From contig DATIZY010000017.1 in NCBI GenBank assembly GCA_035516895.1, positions 3,472 to 67,471 on the forward strand: a stretch of 64,000 nucleotides of DNA, written 5' to 3'. Position numbers and translations under genes: made by a program. The DNA comes from Thermoanaerobaculia bacterium (GTDB lineage: Bacteria; Acidobacteriota; Thermoanaerobaculia; Gp7-AA8). The notes under the pieces were generated by a model, which saw only the letters and a list, made by a program, of their open reading frames with translations, searched no databases and was not told the DNA's origin. Of the stretch, positions 47,526 through 57,196 are shown one piece after another (position 1 is the stretch's first letter; the number at the start of each line of letters is the position of its first letter).

Positions 47526-48959
47526 ATGCGAGAGATTCAGGGGTTGCGCCAGGTAGCTGCAGTTGTCCTCCTGCTGGTCGCGGCAGCGGCGCGTGGTGAT
47601 TGCGTTTCGACTGTCCGCAGCGTCAGCCAGTTGTCGATCTTTCCGAATCTCGTGGCGGGTCCGATTGCCACGAATGGATCGATCGTCGTCGCCGGCAAAA
47701 CGGATCCGAGCACCTCGACTCCGGGCGTCGACTATTCCCTCTACGACACGAGCCTGAATCCGATCTCGGCCGACAGGCAGGTGGCCACGAGCTCTTTCAA
47801 CGGTCCGGTGGCGCTCCTTTACGCAGACTCCTCGAACGCATTCGGTCTGTTCTTTCAGCAAACGAACGGCGTCCTCATGCTGCAACGGATCGATGCAAGC
47901 GGGAATCCCATCGGAGCTCCGATCGCGATGCCGCACAACTGGTCGCTCAACGACGACTTCCAGGTGGTGTGGGACAAGGCCGCGGGCGCGTACGCCCTCG
48001 CTCACCTCGTCACCAGCGGCCCCGACCTCGGCGCCTGGCTCACGCTCGTCTCGCCGTCGGGCAGCATCGTCTCCGATACGAATGTCACGCTCTTCGCAAC
48101 CGGAAGCGTGCGCGTCGCGGTCCTGCCCGATGGCACCGCCGCGGTCCTGTGGTCGCGCCCCGGCTCGCCGGGTCCGACCTTCGTCACGCTCGTCAGCAAC
48201 GGGGCGGTCACACATTCGACGCTGGTCACGTCGCAGCAGTTGGACGGTCCGGTCATCGCTACGAACGGCAGCTCGATTCTGGTGATTTATCAATCGCCGA
48301 AGAGCGGTGGCGGGACGGAGCTGCGCGACTTCATTGTCAACGCGTCCGGCACAGTCACTTCAGCAGATGCGTCGATGATGAGCGGCAAGGGAGTCGACAT
48401 CGCTCCGCTGTCGCTGCAGTGGAATCCCGCGCTCTCCGAATGGGCGCTCGTGTACGCCGATTCCGTCGTCGGCTTCAACGAGTTCCCCGGCGAGGTGCAC
48501 CTTCGCCGCTTCCAGACGCTTTCCGGTACAGCGAGCGACACGTTCCTCTCGCCCAATGCGATCTTCGATCTTCTGCCCGCGCGCTTTCCGATCGTCTTTC
48601 TGAACAACGGCTACGTCGCCTCGATCGCGCGACTCCTCTCGATTCAGCAGGGCGGCGAGTCGTATCTCGTCAGCCTCTGTCCGCTCGTTGGATCGATTGC
48701 CGTCGATCGCACGCTGGCGCGGCCGTTCGACACGATCACGTTCCGCGGAAGCGCCAGCGGCGGTACGCCTGGCTATACCTACACGTGGCAATTCGGCGAC
48801 AACGATTCCCTCAGCGGCCAGACGGTGCAGCATCACTATTCCGCCGTCGGCACCTACACCGTGACGCTGACGGCTCACGACGCCGCCGGAGCGACTTCGG
48901 TCGCCAGGATCACCGTGGGGATCAGCGACACCGTGCGGGGCCGCGCAGCACGGCATTGA
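47526..48959 (+). CDS. Secreted protein with C-terminal PKD domain
   Basis: Signal peptide after MREIQ...; C-terminal YTWQFGDNDSLSGQTVQHHYSAVGTYTVTLTAHDAAGAT matches the PKD domain consensus (WxFGDG...HxY...GxYxVxL). Confidence 0.6.
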   Translation: MREIQGLRQVAAVVLLLVAAAARGDCVSTVRSVSQLSIFPNLVAGPIATNGSIVVAGKTDPSTSTPGVDYSLYDTSLNPISADRQVATSSFNGPVALLYADSSNAFGLFFQQTNGVLMLQRIDASGNPIGAPIAMPHNWSLNDDFQVVWDKAAGAYALAHLVTSGPDLGAWLTLVSPSGSIVSDTNVTLFATGSVRVAVLPDGTAAVLWSRPGSPGPTFVTLVSNGAVTHSTLVTSQQLDGPVIATNGSSILVIYQSPKSGGGTELRDFIVNASGTVTSADASMMSGKGVDIAPLSLQWNPALSEWALVYADSVVGFNEFPGEVHLRRFQTLSGTASDTFLSPNAIFDLLPARFPIVFLNNGYVASIARLLSIQQGGESYLVSLCPLVGSIAVDRTLARPFDTITFRGSASGGTPGYTYTWQFGDNDSLSGQTVQHHYSAVGTYTVTLTAHDAAGATSVARITVGISDTVRGRAARH

Positions 48960-48968
48960 GGCGCTCGG

Positions 48969-51900
48969 TCAGCCGGCGCTGACGTCGTCCGGCGCTGCTG
49001 TCAGCAGCTCGATGAACTTCTCCGCCGGAACGGGCGCCTTGATGAGGTAGCCCTGCATCTGATCGCAGCCGAACTTCTTGAGGAACGACGATTGCTCGGT
49101 GAACTCCACGCCTTCCGCGATGACTTTGAGGCGCAGGCTGTGCGCCATTGCGATGATCGCGGTGACGATCGCCGCGGTGTCGGGATCGTGGGTGATGTCG
49201 CGGACGAACGACTGATCGATCTTCAGCGTGTCGATCGGGAATCGTTTGAGGTAGCTGAGCGACGAATGTCCCGTGCCGAAGTCGTCGAGCGAGATCCGAA
49301 CGCCGAGCTTCTTGAGCTCGTAAAGCGTCCGCACGCTCGTCTCGGGGCTCTGCATCGCGCTGCTCTCGGTGATCTCCAGCTCGAGCAGCCGCGGCGGCAG
49401 TCCGGTTTCCTGCAGGATTTCGCGCACGCTCTGCACGAGGTCGGGCTGCTGCAGTTGGACGACCGAAAGATTGACCGCGAGCGAGAGCGCGCGATGGCCG
49501 GCGTCGTGCCATGCCTTGGCCTGCGCACACGCCGCACGCAACGCCCAGCCGCCGATCGGAATCATCACTCCGATCGCCTCGGCGAGCGGAATGAAGACGC
49601 TGGGGGGGATCATCCCGAGCGTCGGATGGTTCCAGCGGAGCAGCGCTTCCATTCCGCTGATGCGGCCCGTGCGGAAATCGAAGATCGGCTGGTAGTAGAC
49701 CGCGAGCTCGTTGTTCGCGAGCGCTTTGCGCAGCCCATGCTCGAGCGCGATGCGCTGCAGCGCTTTCGCGTTGATGAACGCGTTGAAGAGCTGGTAGTTG
49801 TCGCGGCCCTGCTCCTTCGCCTGATACATCGCCGTGTCGGCGTTCTTGATCAGCGTCTCGGCGTCGAACCCGTCGTCGGGATAGAGGCTGATGCCGATCG
49901 ACGTCGTCATGAAGAATTCGCGTCCTTCGATCTGGAACGGATAGCGCACGGCGTCGATGATCTTCTGCGCGACGAGCGCCGCGTCTTCACCCTGGAACAG
50001 GTGCGGCAGGAGGATCGTGAATTCGTCGCCGCCGAGGCGGGCGACGGTGTCGCTTTCGCGGACGCAGGACTGCACGCGCGCGGAGACCGCCTGCAGCAGC
50101 TGATCGCCGATGTTGTGGCCGAGCGAGTCGTTGATGACTTTGAACCGGTCGAGATCGAGGAAGAGCACCGCGAGCTTCGACCGCTCGCGCTGCGCGTGTG
50201 AGATCGCCACGGTCAGGCGGTCTTTGAACAGCAGCCGGTTCGGCAGCCCGGTCAGCGCATCGTGATACGCCAGGTGCTTGATCTGCTCCTCGGCGTAGGT
50301 GCGCTCGGTGATGTCGCGCGCGACGCAGACGAAGCCGCCGCCCTCGATCGCGCTGATCGAGATCTCCTGCGGGAACGTGAGGCCGTCGTGACGCAGGCCG
50401 GGCGCTTCGCCGCGCCACTTTCCGCGCTGCTTCACGATCGGCAGAATCGTCGAGGTGAAACGCTCGTACGTCGACGGCTCGTAGAGCGTGTGCAGCGAGA
50501 GGCCGATCATCTGCCTCGGATCGGCATAGCCGTACAGCTTCGCGAGCGCGTCGTTGACGACGGTGAGCTCGAGACGATGGTTGACGATGCCGATGCCGTC
50601 CATCGACGCGGTCATCGCCGCCGATTGCTTCTGCAGTGTTTCTTCCGCGCGCTTCCGCTCGGTGACGTCGTTCGCGACGTGGAGGAAGCCGGTGAGCCAG
50701 CCGTCGTCGCGGCGCAGCGAGGTGACCGACAGCAGCACCGTGATCGCGGTCGCGTCGCTCTTGACGTACGTCCACTCGCGCTCCTCGATGCCTTCGCGAT
50801 CGGCGCGATGCGCCACGATGTCGAATCCGCTGAGGCGATATCCGAACTCGCTCTGCAGCCGGTTCGCGTGGTCCTCGAGCTCTTCGGGCCGGTGCAAGTC
50901 GATGACCGAGCGCCGGCCGATGACGTCGGAGGCTTTGTAGCCGAGCATCCTCTCCGCGCCGGAGTTGAACACGGTGATGATGCCTTCGGCGTCGGTGGCG
51001 ATGATCGAGACGCCGGTCGCCGCATCGAGCACCGCTTTGCGCTGCGCATTCGCCGACGCGAGCTGCTGCTCGGCCATCCTGCGCTCGGTGATGTCGTAGA
51101 CGAAGCTCTCGAACAGCGGCGGCTCGTCTTCATCGTGCACCATGTGCGCATTGATCTGCACCCACAGCGGAGTCCCGTTCTTCTTGCGCCACAGGACCTG
51201 TGTTTCGGCCACTTCGCCGCTGGCTGCATGCGCGATGAGATCCGCGTGACGCTCTTCCGGATTGAGGTAGACCTCGGCGAGGTTCATCCGCAGCAGCTCG
51301 TCGGGCGAGTCGTAACCCAGCATGCGGGCCAGCGCGTTGTTCGCGGTGGTCAGGCGTCCGTCGACGGTCGCCTGGAAAATGCCGACGGATGCGAAGTTGA
51401 AAATGTTCCGGTACTTCTCTTCCGAAGCGGCGAGCGCTTTCTCGGCCTGACGCCGCTCGGTAACGTCGTGAATGATCGAGTAGAGGTAGCGATGCGGCCC
51501 GATCTCGACCGGGCCGGAATGCACCTCGACGTCGCGGATCGCGCCGTTCGCGACGCGGTGCCGGAACTCGAACACGGAGCGGTCCTGCCGTGCGGCGTTC
51601 GCCATTTCTCTGCGGATGTGTTCCTGTTCGAGCAGATTGATGTCCCAGATTTTCATCGAGCGCAGGCGCTCGACGCTCCATCCGTAGTACTCGGAGGCCG
51701 CGACGTTCGCGTCGATGATCGCGCCGCTGTCAGGATCGAGGATCAGCTGCACGGCGCGGTTGTTCTCGAACATCTGCCGGTAACGGCGCTCGTTTTCGCG
51801 CAGCGCGGTTTCCTGGCGCTTCTGATCGATCGCCGATGCGACCTGCTGCGCGACGAATACGAGGATCTCCTTGTCCCGCGTTGTCAGCCGTTTGTCGGCC

Positions 51901-52781
51901 TCGTACGTCTGTACGCCGATCACGCCCCACGTCCGCTCGCCGGTCCTGAGCGGCGCGCCGAGCCAGTCCATCGAGCGATGTCCGACAAGCTCGATCTCGC
52001 CTTCGGCGCACAGCCGGTCGAAGACCTCCGGTGTGGCGAGCAGCGGTTTGCCGGTCCGCAGGACGAACGCCGTGCATCCCCGGCCGGGCGGCTCGCCCTC
52101 GGGCGCCGGATCGTAGGCGTCGACGAAGTATGGATAGCTGAGGATGTTGCGCGCCGCGTCGTACTCCGCGATGTAGAAGTTGCTCGCCTCCATCAGCGTC
52201 TGGATGACGGCGTGGATCTCGGGATAAAACTCGGCGAGATCGCTCGTCTCGCGCGCCATCTGGGCGATGCGGAAGAGCGCCGCCTGCAGCCCCTCGACGC
52301 GCCGCGATTCGGTGACGTCGCGGAAGTGCCACGCGCGGCCGGCGCATTTGCCGTCCGCGATCACCGGCACCGAGCCTCGCATCAGCGTGCGGCCGTCTTT
52401 GAGCGGAATCGGATCGCCCGTGCGGATCTCGTTCGGATGTTTGTAGAGGTAGGTGACCTCGTCGATGAAGCTGTTCCAGTCGGCGACCCTTTGCGCCGCG
52501 TACTGGAGCAGATGCTCGTCATCTGCGCTCGCCGCCACGTTTTCCGGAATGCCCCAGATCTCGAGAAATCTGCGGTTGTACGACAGCACCTTGCCGTCGG
52601 GATCGACGACCAGCACGCCGTCGAGCATCGCCTCCTGCTGCGCCTTGAGGACCGCCACCGTCGTTCGAGGCGAGCGCAGCCCTGCCGCGCGCAGGGCGCG
52701 GAACCAGCGCGCAAAGTCGCGGCGCGCTTTCGCCAGCCGCGACGAGCGCGGACGAGAGTACTCGGGCAGATGGAGGCTCAT
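48969..52781 (-). CDS. Multidomain sensor: PAS/GAF repeats, GGDEF diguanylate cyclase, EAL phosphodiesterase
   Basis: Several PAS-like blocks, a GAF-like region, RLGGDEFTILL (the GGDEF motif), and an EAL domain with ELEITESSAM / DDFGTGHSSLSYL / QGYLIKAP. Confidence 0.85.
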   Translation of the reverse strand: MSLHLPEYSRPRSSRLAKARRDFARWFRALRAAGLRSPRTTVAVLKAQQEAMLDGVLVVDPDGKVLSYNRRFLEIWGIPENVAASADDEHLLQYAAQRVADWNSFIDEVTYLYKHPNEIRTGDPIPLKDGRTLMRGSVPVIADGKCAGRAWHFRDVTESRRVEGLQAALFRIAQMARETSDLAEFYPEIHAVIQTLMEASNFYIAEYDAARNILSYPYFVDAYDPAPEGEPPGRGCTAFVLRTGKPLLATPEVFDRLCAEGEIELVGHRSMDWLGAPLRTGERTWGVIGVQTYEADKRLTTRDKEILVFVAQQVASAIDQKRQETALRENERRYRQMFENNRAVQLILDPDSGAIIDANVAASEYYGWSVERLRSMKIWDINLLEQEHIRREMANAARQDRSVFEFRHRVANGAIRDVEVHSGPVEIGPHRYLYSIIHDVTERRQAEKALAASEEKYRNIFNFASVGIFQATVDGRLTTANNALARMLGYDSPDELLRMNLAEVYLNPEERHADLIAHAASGEVAETQVLWRKKNGTPLWVQINAHMVHDEDEPPLFESFVYDITERRMAEQQLASANAQRKAVLDAATGVSIIATDAEGIITVFNSGAERMLGYKASDVIGRRSVIDLHRPEELEDHANRLQSEFGYRLSGFDIVAHRADREGIEEREWTYVKSDATAITVLLSVTSLRRDDGWLTGFLHVANDVTERKRAEETLQKQSAAMTASMDGIGIVNHRLELTVVNDALAKLYGYADPRQMIGLSLHTLYEPSTYERFTSTILPIVKQRGKWRGEAPGLRHDGLTFPQEISISAIEGGGFVCVARDITERTYAEEQIKHLAYHDALTGLPNRLLFKDRLTVAISHAQRERSKLAVLFLDLDRFKVINDSLGHNIGDQLLQAVSARVQSCVRESDTVARLGGDEFTILLPHLFQGEDAALVAQKIIDAVRYPFQIEGREFFMTTSIGISLYPDDGFDAETLIKNADTAMYQAKEQGRDNYQLFNAFINAKALQRIALEHGLRKALANNELAVYYQPIFDFRTGRISGMEALLRWNHPTLGMIPPSVFIPLAEAIGVMIPIGGWALRAACAQAKAWHDAGHRALSLAVNLSVVQLQQPDLVQSVREILQETGLPPRLLELEITESSAMQSPETSVRTLYELKKLGVRISLDDFGTGHSSLSYLKRFPIDTLKIDQSFVRDITHDPDTAAIVTAIIAMAHSLRLKVIAEGVEFTEQSSFLKKFGCDQMQGYLIKAPVPAEKFIELLTAAPDDVSAG

Positions 52782-52838
52782 CGAGAAAAGCTACTTATTT
52801 TAGATGAATTTCCGTCAAAAGCGCCGCTGCGGCGGCGC

Positions 52839-52890
52839 GTTGTCAGTTGTCAGCGGGAGGCTGCCGGCGGCGGGATTGACAACTGACAAC
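52839..52890. repeat. Palindromic element GTTGTCAGTTGTCAG, a 22-nt GC-rich spacer, then TTGACAACTGACAAC (14/15 match)
   Basis: Read directly from the sequence. It abuts the TAG stop of the M50 protease gene and sits upstream of the sensor gene start. The same heptamer motif recurs at 54756..54807. Confidence 0.75.
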
Positions 52891-53579
52891 TAGTCTTCCG
52901 GGCGATTGTACGACCGGAAGAACTGCCACTGCTGATAGCTGGACCAGACAAACCACGCCATCAGCAGAGCGATGAAAGGCTGGCGCAGGAACATGCTGAC
53001 AATGGTCAGCAGCGCGCCGACGATCATCGAGAGCCAGATCGAGATCAGAAACGAGGTCCGTTCGCTCGCGAAGAGCCGCAGAAAATGCCGGACCATCGCG
53101 TAGCCGTCGAGGGGCGCTACGGGCAGTAGATTGAAGAATCCCCACAGAATGTTCGCCTCCGCAAGGAGCGGCAGAAGCGCGGCAAAGAACGGGTCCTGCG
53201 ACATCCGCGGAAACGACACGATCACGATGCGAAGCAGAAACGCGAGCAGAAAGCTCGAGCACGGCCCGGCCGCGCTGATCAGCAGGTCCTGCCACGGTCG
53301 CGCGCGCCGCTCGTTCATCGTCACGCCGCCGATGCCCTGCAGCATGATGCGGCTCGGCCCGAAGCCGAACGCGCCGATCACTGCCGCGTGCGCGAGCTCG
53401 TGAAAAAGCACGCTGATGACGATGACCGGAATCCACAGCAGCGCGTATTTCATGCCGCCCGCGCCGCCGACATCGCTCATCACCCAGAAGGCGAGGAGGA
53501 TGAGGAAGCTGAAGTCGAGATCGATCGTCGTGCCCAGGATCGAGCCGAGGTGAATGCGCCCCACGGTTGCGTAGGTTAC
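52890..53579 (-). CDS. Site-2 protease family (M50) membrane metalloprotease
   Basis: HELAHA zinc-binding motif within a transmembrane helix, a downstream LDG motif (NLLPVAPLDG), multiple transmembrane helices. The start is uncertain (GTG); the upstream ORF part is Arg-rich. Confidence 0.65.
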   Translation of the reverse strand, partial: VTYATVGRIHLGSILGTTIDLDFSFLILLAFWVMSDVGGAGGMKYALLWIPVIVISVLFHELAHAAVIGAFGFGPSRIMLQGIGGVTMNERRARPWQDLLISAAGPCSSFLLAFLLRIVIVSFPRMSQDPFFAALLPLLAEANILWGFFNLLPVAPLDGYAMVRHFLRLFASERTSFLISIWLSMIVGALLTIVSMFLRQPFIALLMAWFVWSSYQQWQFFRSYNRPED

Positions 53580-53635
53580 GCGAAAAGTTCGCCGTTCGCC
53601 GATGTCGCGAACTGCGAACCCGATATGCTTTCCGC

Positions 53636-54757
53636 ATGAAGTTCGAGACGAAAGCCGTGCACGTCGGCGGCAAACCCGATGAATCGACGGGCGCGATCGC
53701 GCCTCCGATCGAGCTCTCGACGACGTTCGAGCGGAGCGGCAAAGACGGCGAACCGGCACACGGTTACAGCTACATCCGCGATCACAATCCAACGCAGACG
53801 CGTCTCGAAGCGGCGCTCGCGGCGATCGATTCGGCCGAGGCGGCGCTGGTGTTCAGCTCGGGGATGTCGGCGGTGTCGGCGCTCTTTCAATCGCTGCCGC
53901 CCGGCTCGCACGTTCTTCTGCCGGGCGACGGCTACTACGCCGTGCGGATCCTCGCGAACGATTTTTTCCCACGCTGGGGGCTCACGCACGATCTCGTGTC
54001 GCTCACCGATGTCGACGCCGTGCGCAAAGCGATCCGCAAGGAAACGCGCGCGATCTGGTGCGAGTCGCCGTCGAATCCGATGATGCACATCTGCGACATC
54101 GCCGCGCTCGCCGACGTCGCCCATCGCGCGAACGCGATTCTCATCGCCGACGATACCTTCGCAACGCCCGCGCTGCAGCGTGCGATCGAGCTCGGCGCCG
54201 ACCTCGTCATGCACTCGACCACCAAATACCTCGGCGGCCACAGCGACGTGCAGGGCGGCTCGCTCGCGTTCCGGCGCCGCGACGAGCGGTTCGAGAAGGT
54301 CGAGCATGTGCGCACGATCGTCGGCGGCGTCGCGTCGCCATTCAATTCGTGGCTCGTGCTGCGCGGCATTCGCAGCCTCGCTCCGCGCATGCGCCTGCAT
54401 TGCGAGAACGCGGGCGCCGTCGCGGAGTTTCTGGCGAAGCATCCGCGCGTCGAGGCGGTGCACTATCCCGGCCTCGCGTCGCATCCGGGCCACGCGATCG
54501 CCGCCCGTCAGATGTCCGACTTCGGCGGGATGATGTCCTTCCGCGTGAAGGGCGGGCGGGAGGAAGCGCTGACGGTGACCGCGAAGGTGAAGGTGTTCAC
54601 GCGCGCGACGTCGCTCGGAGGGGTCGAAAGCCTCATCGAGCATCGCGCGTCGAGCGAAGGGCCGGCTTCCCGCACACCGCCGAACCTGCTTCGGATGTCG
54701 ATCGGCCTCGAGCACAGGGACGACCTCATCGCCGACCTCGATCAGGCGCTAGAATAG
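53636..54757 (+). CDS. Cys/Met-metabolism PLP-dependent enzyme (cystathionine gamma-synthase / beta-lyase / O-succinylhomoserine sulfhydrylase family)
   Basis: SGMSAV, DDTFATP, and HSTTKYLGGHSD with the PLP lysine. 373 aa. Confidence 0.85.
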   Translation: MKFETKAVHVGGKPDESTGAIAPPIELSTTFERSGKDGEPAHGYSYIRDHNPTQTRLEAALAAIDSAEAALVFSSGMSAVSALFQSLPPGSHVLLPGDGYYAVRILANDFFPRWGLTHDLVSLTDVDAVRKAIRKETRAIWCESPSNPMMHICDIAALADVAHRANAILIADDTFATPALQRAIELGADLVMHSTTKYLGGHSDVQGGSLAFRRRDERFEKVEHVRTIVGGVASPFNSWLVLRGIRSLAPRMRLHCENAGAVAEFLAKHPRVEAVHYPGLASHPGHAIAARQMSDFGGMMSFRVKGGREEALTVTAKVKVFTRATSLGGVESLIEHRASSEGPASRTPPNLLRMSIGLEHRDDLIADLDQALE

Positions 54758-54807
54758 TTGTCAGTTTTCAGTTGTCAGTTGTCAGAGAAAGCGATCGACA
54801 ACTGACA
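54756..54807. repeat. Second copy of the TTGTCAG-heptamer palindrome: (TTGTCAG)x3.5, then a 13-nt loop, then GACAACTGACA
   Basis: Read directly from the sequence, immediately after the TAG stop of the PLP-enzyme gene and before the small zinc-ribbon ORF. Confidence 0.75.
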
Positions 54808-54819
54808 CCGAACGACTCC

Positions 54820-55107
54820 ATGAAGAACTTCGAGATCCAATGCCCCTGCTGCGAAGCGACGATCGTCGTCGACCGGATGACCGGCGAGATCCTTCTGCAC
54901 AAGGCGAAGGAAAAGAAAGCGAATCAGTCGCTCGAGTCGATGGTCTCGAATCTCCAGACGCAGAAGGGCGAGATGGAGAAGTTTTTCGAGAAGCAGATCG
55001 AAAGCCAGAAGGACCGCTCCCGCATTCTCGAGGAAAAATTCAAAGAGGCGATGCAGCGCGCCGACAAATCCGACAAGCCGCTCATCAATCCGCTGGACCT
55101 CGATTGA
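54820..55107 (+). CDS. Small zinc-ribbon / coiled-coil protein (hypothetical, 95 aa)
   Basis: N-terminal CPCCE...; the rest is Lys/Glu-rich and helical. Ends 50 nt before the agmatinase-family start. Confidence 0.4.
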   Translation: MKNFEIQCPCCEATIVVDRMTGEILLHKAKEKKANQSLESMVSNLQTQKGEMEKFFEKQIESQKDRSRILEEKFKEAMQRADKSDKPLINPLDLD

Positions 55108-55156
55108 GTTGCCGGTCGCCGATGTCGCGCGGCGCGGAAACCGGCAAACGGCAACC

Positions 55157-56131
55157 ATGAAGAAGCACTTCGATCCCGATGCGGCGGCGTCGGAAGGCTC
55201 CGGCATCTACGGCCTTCCGTTCACGCCCGACGAGGCGAAGGTCGTCATCATCCCGGTGCCTTTCGAAGCGACGACCTCGTATGGTGGCGGCACGTCGCGC
55301 GGTCCGGCGGCGGTGTTCGAGGCATCGAAGCAGGTCGATTTGCTCGATCACGAGACCGGCCGGCCGTACGAGGCGGGCATCGCGATGCTTCCGATCCCGC
55401 GGAAGGTCGTCAACTGGAACGCGAAGGCGAAGAAGTCGGGCCGAAAGCGCGTCCGCGCGATCAATGCGATCAGCGAGTCCGTCAACAACTGGGTCTACGA
55501 GACAACGCGCGACCTCCTCCACGCCGGCAAGATGCCCGTCGTCCTCGGCGGCGATCACTCGGTGCCGTTCGGCGCGATCTGCGCGTACGGCGAACGCTAT
55601 CCGCACATGGGCATCCTGCACCTCGATGCGCATTGCGATCTGCGCGATTCGTACGAGGGGTTCACGTACTCGCACGCGTCGATCTTTCACAATGTGATCA
55701 TGCGAACGCGGCTGAGAAAGCTCGTGCAGGTCGGCGTGCGCGACGTCGGCAGCCGCGAGATCCGCCTGATCGACAACTCGTTCGGCCGCATTCGCACGTT
55801 TTTCGACGACGAGCTCGCCGCGCGCAAGGAACAAGGCGTGCCGTGGGGCGACATCGCCGAGGAAATCGTCGACGAGCTTCCGTACGACGTCTATCTGTCG
55901 TGGGACATCGACGGGCTCGATCCGACGCTCTGTCCCGGAACCGGAACGCCGGTGCCGGGTGGACTCTCGTGGAACGAAGCGATCGGCCTGTTGCGCGCGA
56001 TCCTCCGGGCGAAAAAGCGGATCGTCGGCCTCGATCTGTGCGAAGTCGCGCCGGGAAGAACGGAGTGGGACGCGAACGTCGGCGCGCGCCTGCTCTACAA
56101 GATGATCGGCTTCGCCCTCGCGACGCAATGA
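55157..56131 (+). CDS. Arginase/agmatinase/formiminoglutamase-family ureohydrolase (agmatinase-like)
   Basis: Mn-binding signature blocks GGDHS, DAHCD and SWDIDGLDP. Confidence 0.8.
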   Translation: MKKHFDPDAAASEGSGIYGLPFTPDEAKVVIIPVPFEATTSYGGGTSRGPAAVFEASKQVDLLDHETGRPYEAGIAMLPIPRKVVNWNAKAKKSGRKRVRAINAISESVNNWVYETTRDLLHAGKMPVVLGGDHSVPFGAICAYGERYPHMGILHLDAHCDLRDSYEGFTYSHASIFHNVIMRTRLRKLVQVGVRDVGSREIRLIDNSFGRIRTFFDDELAARKEQGVPWGDIAEEIVDELPYDVYLSWDIDGLDPTLCPGTGTPVPGGLSWNEAIGLLRAILRAKKRIVGLDLCEVAPGRTEWDANVGARLLYKMIGFALATQ

Positions 56132-56466
56132 CGGCGAAGCAGATCTTCAATCGCCTGCGAAAGAAAGCGCTGACCTATCCCGGCGCCGTCGAGGATCATC
56201 CCTGGGGCGACACGGCCATCAAAGTCAACGGCAAAGTGTTCGTGTTCCTCGGCGAAGAGGGCGCGTCATTCAAGCTGCCGAACTCGCGCGACATGGCGCA
56301 CGATCTGCCGTTTGCCGAGCCGACGCGCTACGGTCTGGGCAAGCACGGATGGGTGAGCGCGCACTTCACGAGAAAATCGAAGCCGTCGATCTCGCTGCTC
56401 GAAGCGTGGCTCGATGAGAGCTATCGCGCCGTCGCTCCGAAGAAGATGGTCGAGAGGCTCGGCTGA
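56128..56466 (+). CDS. MmcQ/YjbR-family protein
   Basis: ALTYPGAVEDHPWGDTAIKVNGKVFVFL is the YjbR family signature. ATG overlaps the agmatinase stop (ATGA). Confidence 0.6.
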   Translation: MTAKQIFNRLRKKALTYPGAVEDHPWGDTAIKVNGKVFVFLGEEGASFKLPNSRDMAHDLPFAEPTRYGLGKHGWVSAHFTRKSKPSISLLEAWLDESYRAVAPKKMVERLG

Positions 56467-56504
56467 TCCGTCGTGAGGGGTGAGTGCGGGCCGTGGGTCC
56501 GGAG

Positions 56505-57194
56505 TCACGCGCTCGGCATGTGCACGTACATCGACTGAATCGCCACTTTGCCCGGTCCGGTGAAGCGGTTCATGAACAGAGTGAATCCGCCTAACAAGCC
56601 TGTCGAGAGCCGCTGCGCGATCGTTTCCATCTTGACGTGCGTGTCTTTGTAGAGCCAGCCGCCCGGCTCGACGTCGATCTGCTCGTGCGGCTCGAGCGTT
56701 TTCTCGAAGACGTTGCCGTAGCCGTGAAGCCAGAGGATTCCGCTGCCCTGCCGCGCGTGAAAGCGATCGATGAAGAAGCCGGTGCCGCCGAAGAGAATGT
56801 TGGCGACGCCTTTGACGCGCTCGAAGTCGTAATCGATGTTGCCCGTCGCGGCGAGGAACTGGTGCTCGCGCACGTGGATCTCGTCGCCGTGCTCCATGTG
56901 GATCGCGAAGATGTGTCCGGCGCCGTCGCGGCTGAAGGCGATCTGCCCGCGGCCGGTGGTCTCGGTGATGAAGATCTGCATGCCGGCCATCATTCGCTTG
57001 AACGCGCCGGCCATCGGGCGGACGCCGATGCCGACCGTCGGATTTTTCCAGAGAAGAATGTGATGCTCGAAGTAGACCGGCACGGTGGAGACGTCGACGG
57101 TCAGGACGGGCACGAGCTCGCCGTCGACGTGGTAGGTCACGCCGGCGAAAGTTTCCTCGTGAGCGGCAGTCTTGAGAAGAACGGGTGCAGTCAT
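56505..57194 (-). CDS. AIM24 / TIGR00266-family protein
   Basis: ~229 aa with the conserved AIM24 (DUF124) profile (GELVPVLTVD..., ILFGGTGFFIDRF..., GSGILWLHGYGNVFE...). Confidence 0.65.
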   Translation of the reverse strand: MTAPVLLKTAAHEETFAGVTYHVDGELVPVLTVDVSTVPVYFEHHILLWKNPTVGIGVRPMAGAFKRMMAGMQIFITETTGRGQIAFSRDGAGHIFAIHMEHGDEIHVREHQFLAATGNIDYDFERVKGVANILFGGTGFFIDRFHARQGSGILWLHGYGNVFEKTLEPHEQIDVEPGGWLYKDTHVKMETIAQRLSTGLLGGFTLFMNRFTGPGKVAIQSMYVHMPSA

Positions 57195-57196
57195 TC

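Noticed and set aside
45575-47599. 674-aa plus-strand ORF antisense to kup, and 43867..45438 alternative frame in the APC transporter gene
   Set aside because: Both are Arg/Asp/Glu-rich low-complexity translations. The transporters on the minus strand have clear transmembrane-helix periodicity.
50262-52886. 874-aa plus-strand ORF antisense to the GGDEF/EAL sensor
   Set aside because: A shadow ORF. The GGDEF/EAL motifs are on the minus strand.
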